From positions 186,001 to 250,000 of the forward strand of contig NW_024056036.1 of the NCBI RefSeq assembly GCF_902713615.1: a stretch of DNA of 64,000 nucleotides, read 5' to 3'. A program made the translations under genes and the position numbers. Shown in pieces: positions 20,999-32,289 of this stretch. Numbering within the stretch: the first letter of the stretch is position 1; each line of letters begins with the position of its first letter. The stretch comes from Scyliorhinus canicula. Its lineage: Eukaryota. The notes under the pieces are model-generated. The model was not told the origin of the DNA. It saw only the letters and a program-made list of their open reading frames with translations, and did no database searches.

Positions 20999-22186
20999 CC
21001 GCGAAAAGAGCCAAAGCATACTGTAATTGCCATCGAAAATCAATCTAACATCTGCGGAGAACGCCAAAAGTACTGCAACATCTCAGGTAGTCAGGCGGCA
21101 TTTGTCGACAGGACAACAAAGTTCGTCTTTCACCATCACCTTTCATTAAAACCGGGACAGGTTAGAAATGTGGTACGTCTTAACCAAGTGAATTACCGGA
21201 GGGAGGAAACAGAACAGCAGGAAAGGGCTCTAATAGGGGGCAAGTCAGGAGAGATTAAATGAGAAGAGGCCTTGGGTCCCTGGCCACAGAGTTAGGTTAG
21301 CATCAAATCAGAGAATAATGACACCACGGTATGAGGCCATTCCGGCCGCCGTGTCTGTGCCAGCTCTCTGTTAGCGCAATGGAAGAAACAAAGAAACAAA
21401 AGATATGTCTGGAGGAGCTATCGATGGCAGATTGATCAACAACTACCGCCCGGACACAAAGAACAAGTGGAAACAAGATTGAAACCCAAATCTGCGATGT
21501 AAGGACACACAAAATGGGTGCAGCATTTACAGTGTGAAACTGCTGAACACACACTGAGTGTGAAAGCTGTATTGAGTCCAGTGGAAAGATGCGCTGCTGT
21601 TCCTCGAGTGTCTGTTGAGCTTCTTTGGAACATTTCACGACTCCGAGGTCCGGGAGGTCAGCGTTAAGATCCAGCTCTCCAGTCAGTTCAATTCTCCACT
21701 TTGGCTCTGTGGATAGATGGGTCACGTCCCTGTGGTTAACACAGATCTGGAGCATCAATTTTATCCAAACGCACTCCAACTCAGACACTGTCTCTCTCTC
21801 TCGAGCATCATCTGTGGGGAGAGAAACGACGTAAACATTCCGAGTCCTGAGAAATGTTTTTCAGAGTGGGGCAATGTAAATCAACCCCGCCGTCAGCGTC
21901 GCAAACAATTCATAATCTCTGACCTGGAGTAAAGAGCTTGTCCTGGAGTTAAACCCACGACCGCTCCCATAGGCATTGATTGAAAATCCCTAAACGAGAA
22001 CCAGACCTCGAGACCAAAGAGCACAAATTTAAGACCGACAATAAGCAAAATATAACTTATGTTAATTTCGATACCTTATGGTTTTATATGTTGAAACATC
22101 TGTTTTTTTTAAGAAACAGCTGTCGTCTTGGAATAAGTGACGTGGCCTCTCAGCCTCCCTGTTACAATCTGCAGCAACACAGTGAC

Positions 22187-22512
22187 ATAGAACATAGAAC
22201 AGGCCCTTCGGCCCTCAATGTTGTGCCGAGCCATGATCACCCTACTCAAACCCACGTATCCACCCTATACCCATAACCCTACAACCCCCCCTTAACCTTA
22301 CTTTTATTAGGACACTACGGGCAATTTAGCATGGCCAATCCACCTAACCCGCACATCTTTGGACTGTGGGAGGAAACGGGAGCACCCGGAGGAAACCCAC
22401 GCACACAGGGGAGGACGTGCAGACTCCACACAGACAGTGACCCAGCCGGGAATCGAACCTGGGACCCTGGAGCTGTGAAGCATTTATGCTAACCACCATG
22501 CTACCCTGCTGC
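22187..22512 (-). mobile_element. HE1-type SINE with CR1-like tail, inserted 40 bp upstream of tRNA-Val
   Basis: tRNA head, V-SINE core and TTCTATG tail; imperfect TSD CAGTGAC/CAATGAC; empty site visible at about 4730. Same family (minus) at 51585-51905. Confidence 0.85.
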
Positions 22513-22552
22513 AATGACGTTGTACATTGTACACTTCCGTTGCTTGCCAGCT

Positions 22553-22625
22553 GTTTCTGTAGTGTACTGGTTATCACATTCGCCTCACACGCGAAAGGTC
22601 CCCTTTTCAAAACCAGGCAGAAACA
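22553..22625 (+). pseudogene. tRNA-Val-CAC: tRNA-Val(CAC) with degenerate B box
   Basis: T arm reads CCCTTTTCAAAACCAGG. Confidence 0.8.
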
Positions 22626-22719
22626 TCTCGTGCTTCCAAGTTTGCATTTTGCTGAATATTACCTCAATCTCGTAATTGGTCTCAATCAACGAGGAATAGC
22701 CAATGACGTGCATCGCTGT

Positions 22720-22784
22720 GGCCGAGTGGCGCAATGGATAACGCTTCTGACTACGAATTCCAGGTTCCACTCCTGGCTGGCTTA
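22720..22784 (+). pseudogene. tRNA-Arg-ACG: tRNA-Arg(ACG) pseudogene with deletion of the 3' anticodon stem
   Basis: GGCCGAGTGGCGCAATGGATAACGC...CTGACTACGA^ATTCCAGGTTCCACTCCTGGCTGGCT. Confidence 0.8.
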
Positions 22785-23244
22785 CAGTTCAGAGCTTTTG
22801 CGTGCGCTTTAACTCAGTGGGTGGGACAGCTGATTCTTTGTGCAGAAAAATGAAGATTGCGTTTCGTCATTTATTTAGGTTTTTGGGAGACAATATTTAA
22901 CATTTGTGTTTTGATGTGTATTTCAATAAACCCAATCAGTAGTTATACATTAGATTGAAGAGAATCCGTCAGCAGAGGGAGGCAGGCAGCAGTGTGCTGA
23001 TTAGAAAGTCACGAGAGATCAATGCCAAAGCCAATAGGGACGTGGAGATGCCGGCGTCGGCCTGGGCGAGCAGTAAGAAGTCTGACAACACCAGGTTAAA
23101 GTCCAATCATGATGGTATCCTGAGTGATGTCACAATAGGCCTGACCCCCTGTGGCTGGAACAGTGTTGACAGAGCCTGGGATCCCTCTCTCTTTCTCATT
23201 CTCTGACTCATTTCATTACCACTCACTGAGAAATTTAACCAGAC

Positions 23245-23804
23245 ATGTTTCTAATAATACTGGCGACGCTCTGGGACGGTCAGTATACGATTAGGTTCAT
23301 CGTGACAGTTTAGCATATTGATTGCAAATAGTTTGCACTCAACATTAATATCGTTAACGATAAGATATGTACATGTTATGTGTAGCTTGGCAAATGAGAG
23401 TTTACACACTTACGTCTCGATAGACACACGTTTCGCTTGACCCTATTTAATCTCGTGCTCTTTTGTTCATCTACTTTCACAGGGGGATTATGTGCATTGA
23501 CTCAGTCTCCAGTGACATTAACTGTGTTAGAAGAGCGTTCGGCGCAGTTAATTTGCGAGTATACAGATCAGGGTATAAACACCATGCAATGGTATCGGCA
23601 GAAACAGGCACATCCTCCAATTTGCATAATTTACAAAGTAGCAGTACTGAAGAAAGATAAAATCTCAGGACGATATATGGCGACTGATGATTAGTCTACA
23701 AAGTCTGGTTACCTGAACATAAGCGCCCTGAATGTGGAGACGGGGTTTATTACTGTTCAGTGAGGCACAGTGTCTGATACAAGACAAGAAGTCGTACAAA
23801 GACC
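23245..23804 (+). pseudogene. TRAV/TRDV: TCR V pseudogene (V4): leader 23245-23278, V exon 23483-23765, intact 23-RSS 23766-23804
   Basis: MFLIILATLWDG / LTQSPVTLTVLEERSAQLIC...MQWYRQK; TAG at 23692-23694 and a frameshift before YYC; CACAGTG + 23 + ACAAAGACC. Confidence 0.9.
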
Positions 23805-24964
23805 TCCTTTCTTCTCGGCTGAGGGTTTTTGATGCCTCTAACTGCGAAAGTCTATTTCCGTGCTCGCAGTGAACAAAACTGACAGGTTTATGTGAGACAC
23901 ATTTGCATTGATGTCTTTATCCTTGTCCACCTGAACAGAAAGCCGGTCTAGGAAACCCTGAGACTTATCTCCATGATCCGAGTTATATCACCACAGCAAT
24001 TATTTCGGAGCTTAACCTGAATATTGATGTTCCAACAGAGGCGACCCAGGAGTAGTGAGTCTGTGTTACTTGTTGCGGCAAAAGAACACAGGCTGTGTCA
24101 GAGTCTGGGATGGATTCTAACACATGGAATAAACAATGTCCCTTTGAACATAGTCTTCCCAAGCAGCACGGCCATTATCAGAAACGGCCCTGGAGAGAAC
24201 ACGGTGTCTAATGTAGACTTCAGCGGAAAAAGAATCCTTGTTATTAAACGCAGATCAGAAACAGATTTCATTTATCTGGCGACTAAGGGACGTTTTCCAG
24301 CGACAGTGTTACAAACTGTAGGTCCGTCTCAGCTGCTTTTTGCAGAGCTAACCGCTGTTCCACCGCAGCCCAATGGTGCTTTAGCATCTGGACTTGGGGA
24401 ACAGGCTGTCAGTGAATCTAAGCAACGCGAACAGAGATCTAGCCAGTATCCTTATAAGAATACAGGTTTCACTGTTAGGCACGGGGTAGGAATGGCCCCG
24501 GTCATCTGGTTATTGTCAGGCGGAAGAATTAGGCTGTGAATTGTGTCAGAAAACATTCAAATAAACATTTGTAAATAAACATTGAGGTAATTCTGAGCTT
24601 TTGGCTTGTTACCAGCAAATTAGTCGAGCCAAATAGACACTATGTGCCGGCTGTGGTCGAAGAGACCCAGAAACTGAGAGCGTGAATGGGGAAAGGATTT
24701 CACATTGATTCCGAAAGACAGGACAAGATCACAAAAAGGCAGAAAGTGTGTGAACGCACCACAAATTAATTTTTGAAATTAATTTACAGTATAGCTGCAA
24801 GTTAAAAATCGAACTAATAACATTCCTCAGCTGCTGCTTACGTTATTGTTGGGTGTTGTGTTTTGTTCTCATATCTTAATCATGACCCTCACAGGCTCAG
24901 TTATTGTTTATGTTTTCAGTGCGAGCGAGCCCTCTGCTGACAATAACTGGAACTCTCACGCTGG

Positions 24965-25004
24965 GGTTTTTGTACAGGCTCCGCTATTTCTCTGCATCAG
25001 TGTG
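24965..25004 (-). other. RSS of V5 with 24-bp spacer
   Basis: CACACTG + ATGCAGAGAAATAGCGGAGCCTGT (24 nt) + ACAAAAACC. Confidence 0.85.
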
Positions 25005-25428
25005 GGCTCCATGGCACAGAAATACACGGCGGTGTCGGAGAGAAGCGCCGCGGCGATATTTAAAGGAACCGTTTTGTTTTCTTTGTTTAAAATAGCCGAG
25101 AACCTGGTTGGCAAATCTTGAGACGTAGCTCCTGAGCTATATATCTTGAATAAATATTTCGGAGCTTCCCCGGGAGACTGGATGTACCAGAACAGAGTTG
25201 GAGTACCAGTTGTCGAGTAGCTGCAGCCCAGTGTTATTGCCCGTCCTTCCAGAGCTGTTAATTCAGCGGGATCCTGGAACACTTCATCTTTGCCATTTGT
25301 TCCTGCAACAAATTACAGAATCTATTAAATACCTGGGAGCGAACGCTGGGAACACACAGTGACCATTTGAACATAGACTCACCGGGCAGCAAGACCAACA
25401 GTATTAGAAAAGAACATCGAGACAACAT
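25005..25428 (-). CDS. TRAV/TRDV: Intact TCR alpha/delta V segment (V5): leader 25428-25383, V exon 25302-25005
   Basis: MLSRCSFLILLVLLPG/TNGKDEVFQDPAELTALEGRAITLGCSYS...LFWYIQSPGEAPKYL...SDTAVYFCAME; GT-AG phase-1 intron. Confidence 0.92.
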
Positions 25429-25822
25429 GGTTGCTGCTTTAGAATTTCACAGAAGTCACAGAATTGTTAAAACATGTTAACTCTTATAGTCTGACATGAA
25501 AAAGGAAATTCAAAGGCAGATTTCATTTATTGGGTAACTAAGGGGCGTGGCCCAATGGTAGGATTGGCTGGCTTCTCATTGCTGCTGATCACGCAAGTGA
25601 ACACATGTGCTCCCTGTCAGCAATTGGCTAACACTCAGTATTAGTGTCAGCTCAGTGACTAACTCTTTCTCTAGATCGCACTGTCTGTCTTTTTCTGCGT
25701 CCTTTGTTCTTCTCGATGTTTGTCTGGCTCTTTCAATCGTTAAGTATGTCTGTGTGCCAATCTCTTTCCTCTGTATCTCGGAACCTCTCTCTCCTTCTAC
25801 CCCGTGTCAGGAAAGCGCAGAA

Positions 25823-26050
25823 TGGGAGCGTCACGGTAGCGCAGTGGTTAGCACTGCTACCTCACGGTGCTGAGGAGCCGCGTTTGATCCTCGGTCTCGG
25901 GCACTGTCCATGTGCAGTTTGTGCGTTCTCCCCGTGTCTGTGAGGATCTCACCCCGACGAACACAAAGATGTGCAGGGTAGGTGGATTGGCCACGCTAAT
26001 TTGCCCCTGGATTGAAATCAAAATGAATTGTGTACTTTAAATTTATTAAA
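25823..26050 (+). mobile_element. Short HE1-type SINE
   Basis: CACGGTAGCGCAGTGGTTAGCACTGC head and AAAGATGTGCAGGGTAGGTGGATTGGCCACGCTAA core. Relatives at 39150-39325 (-), 40650-40840 (-), 59601-59835 (+) and a 3' half at 47300-47500 (+). Confidence 0.8.
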
Positions 26051-26538
26051 ACAAAGGAAAGTGCAGAATGTGGAACATTCATTTTCTCCCAGTCTGCCAT
26101 GTCAACAACTTCACCAAACCACGTGTTCCAGGAAGGAGGGAGCAGAAGCATCAGACAAAATATACTCCCCGGAACTCTGAGACACTCAATTAGAAATCAA
26201 ACTGCCTCTCGGATGAATTGCAGATCCGGGAATTCCCGAGAAATTTCTTCACCTAGTAGAGGTTAGAATATGGAAATGTCCATTACAGGTAGTGACAGAG
26301 GCGAATTGATGCATTTAAGGGGCCAAGGAGGCAGGAGGGTTTGGAAGGCTATCTTCGAGTTGGATGAAGCTGGTTAGAGGATATTGGTAGAAAGTGTGAG
26401 CATCTCGGTACTGAGTCAGATGTTCTTTTCAGGAGTATAAATTCCATTTCATTTTATAGAACAGTCTGCGAGTTTTTATTGTCAGTTCAGTTGAATTTTT
26501 AAGCAATGATTTCCGCTTTCTATAACCGTGTGCTCCAG

Positions 26539-26880
26539 CTCTTAGCAATGGAGATTCTGTGACTCAGCGGGAATCCTCACTCGCTCAGACAGAGGGGAAG
26601 ATGTCACTTTAACCTGCACTTATACCGACGATGCATTTTACTTATTCCGTCACCGTCAGTACCCTGACAGACAGCCTGGGGTTGCTGCCAGGAGGCACGA
26701 GAACGGCAGGGATTCACTTAAGGCGGATTTCGCGCCGAAATTATTTTTCGATTTAGTGCAACAGTCGGACAAGTTGTACCCCTTGACAATCTCGGAGCTG
26801 CGGCTGTCTGACACCGCGGTCTTTTACTGTGCACAGAGTGTCGCAGTGATGGGAGCGAGTGAAAGTCTCGAGCAAAAACT
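26539..26880 (+). pseudogene. TRAV/TRDV: TCR V pseudogene (V6): V exon 26539-26841, RSS 26842-26880; leader not identified
   Basis: GDSVTQRESSL, 1-nt deletion before VTLTCTY, WY changed to RH, LTISELRLSDTAVFYCAQS; heptamer CGCAGTG + 23 + GCAAAAACT. Confidence 0.88.
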
Positions 26881-28156
26881 GCCGCAAGTTTCTGGGTCAC
26901 AGCTGCTGTCTGTTGAAGAGTTTTTAAACAGCAGATCGGCTACTGACAAGTTAATAGATTCTCGTGCACATAACCGACAGCACAATCCATAGCAACACCG
27001 CCTAAAACGGTTCGCATTGAATACTGATTCAGTCTGATTGTTGCATTAACTGTGAGAAGAAGGAACTTGCTGCAGTTCATTTCGAGTCTCGGAGAACTCG
27101 CTACTACCATTGCGAGTACTGCCACCCGTGGGACTGGAACTATTGACATCCGTGCACCTCTGATGAGGAAAAAAAAACTCCGAGTGAGAGCAAAGACTTT
27201 TCTGTTTGTGACATCAGGCTGTAATGTAAACCGAATCCAGCATGGTGAGGAAACTCCCAATTAATAGACTAGGCTGATAAAATTCCTCTCAATGTTAAAT
27301 ACACTAACGAATATTAAAACTAAGAATGAACAGTCACATGAACAGTTATAAAGGGGTATTTTCAGGACATGATTAGAAGCCAATGAAAATAATATAGTAA
27401 ACTGTGAGGTCAGGCGTTGTACGTTTTCGGTAGCGGAATGGTCACCGAATGGTCGGAAAAACGGGTTAATGGAAGAATAACCAGAACATTTTCTTCACTA
27501 CATGTTCTGCAGCTTTGGATTTGGATTTTAGTGTCACAAGTGCCGAGGTAGAATGAAAAATATTGTTCTGCGTACAGTCCAGTCAGATTGTTGCATTAAT
27601 GAAAAACAGGATATACGATAGATGCACAATATAAATCTATAGGCACAGACATCGGGTGAGCATACGCAGTGTAGTATAATAATAATATTAATAATCTTTA
27701 TTAGTGTCACAAGTAGGCTTACATTAACAATGCAATGGAGTTACTGCGAAAATCCCCATGTCGCCACACAAGGACAGTTCAGTTCTTAAGAGGGTCATTC
27801 AGAAGTCTGGTAACAGCGGGGAAGAAGCTGTTTTTGAATCCAGCTTGTCTGCCTGCTATTGCGGCTGCATTTACTTGTTGTGTTACTTCCTGTAACCGCT
27901 ACATCACATCGTTAAGTATTGTTTTCAACATTTCTTTCGCGACATTGTTCAATTACAAAATGGTACAAATACTCCAAATATTTCTTTTCATTCTGTCTAG
28001 AATGTATTTAATGTGAATGGAATGGAACAGAACTTTCCCAATGCAGCACTATTACTTTCGGCTTTATACTTATTTCAATATTTTCAAATGAGAAAAATCT
28101 GCAGGTTTATCTCCCAATCTGTACCCAGTTCCATTCACAGTGTCACACTGCGACAG

Positions 28157-28695
28157 TGATTTTGTACCAGACTCCCTCTGGTTGCTGTCACTGTCTCTCA
28201 GTCCGCAGTACTACACCGCGCTGTCAAACAGCAACAGTTCCCGGATGTTGAAATTACCCTCACTCCTCGAACTGTCCAAAGATGCAGAAAATCGACTCCC
28301 CACGCCCACTGCTCTGGAAACATCTCCGTAATTAGGAATGTAGATCAAGAATATGGGGGCTTCGTCCCGGTCCTGACGGTACAATTGCAAATAATATGTA
28401 CCAGCTGTGGTCGAATAGCTGAAATCAATAGTAATCAATTCTCCTTCAAACTTTGTCGCTGTAACAGGTTCCTGTGAAACCATATCTGCACCGATAGTAC
28501 CTGCGAAAAATAGAAATCCGAGCTTAAACTTTGTATTACTTTGTTAGAAATCATGCAATCATGGAATTGTATATATTACAGTTAAGGGTGGATCACAATG
28601 TAAGTATCGCGAGCTGTCTGGAAATTGTGCCCCTTGGGAACTTACCAGTTAAGTGAGTTGCAGCTCTGATGAAAATGTAACAGGCATCTCAACAT
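28157..28695 (-). pseudogene. TRAV/TRDV: TCR V pseudogene (V7): leader about 28695-28646, V exon 28500-28196, RSS 28195-28157
   Basis: VSQEPVTATKFEGELITIDFSYS (Cys to Phe), LQLYRQ (Trp to Leu), DSAV*YCGLR; heptamer GACAGTG + 23 + ACAAAATCA. Confidence 0.88.
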
Positions 28696-29439
28696 GTTCA
28701 GAGATGGTAGTGGATTTGAACTGTGAGTTGCAGCTGAATTGTTGCAGTCCAGAGTTCAGAAGATGTGAGTAATATCCGGCCTCACAACCGATTGGTTCAT
28801 TCCCGACAGAGTCAGCAGGAGACACCCAATCAGCTCAAAGCTCCTGTGTCCTACATTTCATCCAATTAGATCCGTTTCTTTGTTACGTCAGAGCGAGGAG
28901 CCCGGAACCACTTGCACCTGTTTTCAGAACAATGAACTGAACACAAGAACATCAGATGATGAGGAGCAGGATCTGCAGTGGACGATTTGCCCCTTCACAT
29001 GGGGGTGCTCTGCAATTGTACAGATCATAGTTGTTCGACCTGGAATCTAATTTCCTGCACCACCCTCATCTCCCTTATTTCCCCGAATATCGCCAAATCC
29101 AACATAGGTCTCGAAACAACTAAACGACGAACAACTGTCGCTCTCTGTGACACAGAAAGGGCGTGAAAGCGAATGTTGGTCCTATTATTGAGCGTATCTT
29201 TGAGACAGGGCACAGATGGATGCTATTTAGTGTTGTCATGACGGTGGCATTTGGAGAGCTGCTCGCAAAGCACAGAAACTACTATAAAAAGGGATTTAGC
29301 AGACAATGATACACGTTCAGCACTACAGAAAGAAATAATTAGGGCTAGCTGCTCTTTATAATATTGCTTTGTTTACATAAACAGTTCACAATCCAGGTGA
29401 AAGATCTAATTCAGTGAATTGAGGTGAGAGTGCTTTACC

Positions 29440-29478
29440 TGTTTTTGTACGGGTTGAGAGTCCCTCTGTAACAGTGTG
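29440..29478 (-). other. 23-RSS of V8
   Basis: CACACTG + 23 nt + ACAAAAACA. Confidence 0.88.
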
Positions 29479-29916
29479 GGGCTCAGAGCACAGAGATACA
29501 CGGCAGAGTCAGAGACACGGACCCCGGTGATATTTAAAGGAATCGTTTTCTTATCCTTGTCTAAATCAGCAGAAAACCGGTCAGGGAAATCTGAAGACCT
29601 TTCTCCCTTCCCCGCGCTATATTTCTTCAGTAGGTATCTCGGAGCTTCGCCTGGATACTGGATGTACCAGAAGAGAGTCTCGCCAGTATATTTTGCTTTG
29701 TAACTGCAGTTCAATATTGCTGTCTGTCCTTCCTGAACCGTTAATTCAGGCGGATCCTGGGAAACCGAATCTTGGCCGCTGGTTCCTGCAACAACATATA
29801 GAATGTGTCAGAAATCTGTGAGTAAATATAACCCATGAAACACAGGAGGAGGATTTGAGCTCAGACTCACCGGGCAGCAAGACCATTATTATCAGTAAAT
29901 CACACAGGGAGCACAT
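29479..29916 (-). CDS. TRAV/TRDV: Intact TCR alpha/delta V segment (V8): leader 29916-29871, V exon 29785-29479
   Basis: MCSLCDLLIIMVLLPG/TSGQDSVSQDPPELTVQEGQTAILNCSY...LFWYIQYPGEAPRYL...SDSAVYLCALS; same family as V5. Confidence 0.93.
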
Positions 29917-30081
29917 GGTTCCTGATTGAACAGTAAAAAGCGACACTGTTTCAAATATGTTGCTGCTTGTAGTCTCATATCAAAGTGCAAACCCAGACCA
30001 GTGGCAAAGAGTAAACGCAGATCAATTCTTGGGAAACTGAGGGACGTTTGTCAGTACTACGATTGGCTGGTCTCTCAGCTC

Positions 30082-30089
30082 TGACGTCA
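30082..30089. promoter_or_regulatory. Palindromic CRE in the V8 promoter, with flanking CCAAT motifs
   Basis: TGACGTCA about 165 bp upstream of the leader ATG. Confidence 0.6.
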
Positions 30090-30802
30090 GCTGAGGGCCA
30101 ATCACTGTCAGGTGAGCGTTTATTAATGCGGGTTCTCTCCAATCACATTCCATCCCTGGCTGTGTGTTTGTCTTTCTCGCTCCCTTCCTCACATTGCCGT
30201 CATTCTGTCACTTGCTCGGTTGAAATCGTTTTCCTTCGACCTCAACTTTCACATCTTTCCTGAGGTAGATATTCCTCCCCAAAAATGTGAAAGATAAAAT
30301 AAATATTTTAATATCAGTCTCACACACAGATATTAACGAGGCCATTCAGTGCACGAACATAATTAATAATTACTGTTTTAAAGGTACCCGGGATAAATAG
30401 TCATCCAACTCTACACCAAGATGCGCTTCCACTGGGGGTCTCTTGTACCGGTAAAGTACTGATTTCAGTCAGTCATCACTTGTACCCCAGGAAATATAAA
30501 CAGTGACAACTCTGAATTTGATCACTTTTAAAAAGTGCTGCATGGTAGATTACCACCTGATCAAGAAGTTTCACAAATACAGATTGATGAAATGATCCTC
30601 CGGGATCGGCAGGTTTATATAAATGGGATCGGGAAATTATGGAATTTGATTCTGGGGTATAATGACCGTCAAATGTCCAATGGCCCAACAGTGAGAATCA
30701 TTGACCTCATTGAGGGAAACCCATTCAGATGGAGCTGGATTGTCCCGTTTATTATCTGTACCAATGCAACTCCTTGTGCTTACTTGATACGGAAATTGCG
30801 CC

Positions 30803-30841
30803 AGTTTGTGTATGAGCCCCGCCGGGCCCTTATCCACTGTG
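30803..30841 (-). other. 23-RSS of V9
   Basis: CACAGTG + 23 nt + ACACAAACT. Confidence 0.9.
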
Positions 30842-31313
30842 GGTCTCAGCGCGCAGTAATACACGGCGCTGTCTGTCATCTTCAAATCTGTCAGGGACAA
30901 GTGAAAAGTGCTTTGTGTCGGGTTGAGTTTCCCGCTGAAGCGTTCAAAGCCGGGAGCCGTCTCGTTGAACCCATAACTATCGGCTCTGAGCAGATACCGC
31001 GGAGCTCGGTGTGGATACTGGCGATACCAGAAGAGGTAATAGCTTGCAGCTGAACTCGATACCGAGTAACTGCAGGGTATGGCTGAATCTTCACCCTCTT
31101 CTGCGTCGACTCGTTGTTCTTCCTGAGACACCGAGTCTCCCTTACTCATCCCTGAAAAGAAAAAGCTGGTTAGAAGGAGAAACGTGAAGCGGATGAGCAC
31201 CCGAAGATGGAAATAAGAACACATTTGGGAATTGGAGGATTCAGTACAGAGGTTCAATATAACCAACCTGTCATCAGGACAATAACCAGAGACAGGTAGA
31301 GTATCAGCCCCAT
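30842..31313 (-). CDS. TRAV/TRDV: Intact TCR alpha/delta V segment (V9): leader 31313-31268, V exon 31151-30842
   Basis: MGLILYLSLVIVLMTG/MSKGDSVSQEEQRVDAEEGEDSAIPCSYS...LFWYRQYPHRAPRYL...TDSAVYYCALR. Confidence 0.94.
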
Positions 31314-32289
31314 GGTTCGAATCTGAACTCCAGAAACAGACAGTTGTCACTGACTGGACCAGCCCTGTAATTGGCGGAGATGAAACAATTAGCGAGATGT
31401 TATGAGTTCGAATCCGATTTCTTCGCTCCGCCCACCTTCACGTCTTAAAGCGGCCGCTTCCTCTGGAACGGGTCGGTGATGTTTGATACGTGATCAGAGA
31501 GCGCCCTCCTGTGGACAGCGCAACCGCCTATTGGAAACACACACGGCCACGTGCAACGACATGTACGAAAACATCATCCAGATATGCACAGACACTGCAA
31601 TAAATTCCAACATTCGTTGACATGATTTTTGAGTGCACATTAGCCTGAGTTGCTAATGGTGAAAGTAAGTGAATATGTCCATCTCCCAGCAGCCTCGTTT
31701 ACACCACAGAATCAGCACAAACATAGACACAGAGACAGTAAAAATAGTGATCGACCCACAAACTGATCTCTCAAACAGACACACAGACAACCATTAAAGT
31801 AAATAAGGAACCAGATTAACACAGCTATAGAAACACAAACGAGAAATTCCGTCAGAGGCACTTTCAAAAACCTTGGACTTTCAGAGCGAGCTTTCTGGGA
31901 TGGAAATCCCCGAGGTTGTGTCAGTGTGGTAATATCATGTTGGATATTCATTGCGATCAAATTGTACATGTTAGCAGCATGAACATCCCGGAATGTATTT
32001 CCCATTAACCGTGAGGTTAATTTATAAAAACGACCAGCCTTTGTATTACGTCATAAGTTGTATTAAGTTAGGGTTGGCTTACCCTGTCTCTCCATTAGTC
32101 CACCCGTCCGGCGTGTTCTTAAAAAAGATAAAATGCTATCAGCTTTAATATTAATTCCATCTGTCTGTCTATCTATGTATCTATCTATCGAGCAATCGAT
32201 TGATATATCCATCTAATATATCGACGCAACCATCAACCTTATGAGATAACTTTCCATTAATTCTTCAGTTTGCTGTGTGGGTTAACCAC

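Larger units (their letters stand above)
18492..22630 (-). repeat. Inverted tandem array of unit A (~2.44 kb period)
   Basis: 18720-19750 is repeated at 21170-22180; 19400-21190 is the reverse complement of unit A; Pro-to-Pro spacing is 2441 bp. Confidence 0.85.

Noticed and set aside
180-22630. CRISPR-like or prokaryotic repeat array
   Set aside because: Units are kilobase-scale eukaryotic segmental repeats with no short repeat-unique spacer pattern.
28136-28174. Plus-strand CACAGTG overlapping the V7 nonamer as a D-like or cryptic RSS
   Set aside because: No acceptable nonamer at 12 bp and only a poor one (ACCAGACTC) at 23 bp; no coding segment upstream.
30637-31350. 237-aa ORF as a single-exon TCR protein
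   Set aside because: The N-terminal 66 aa is read-through of the intron and upstream DNA; a proper leader exon (31313-31268) with GT-AG sites explains the gene.
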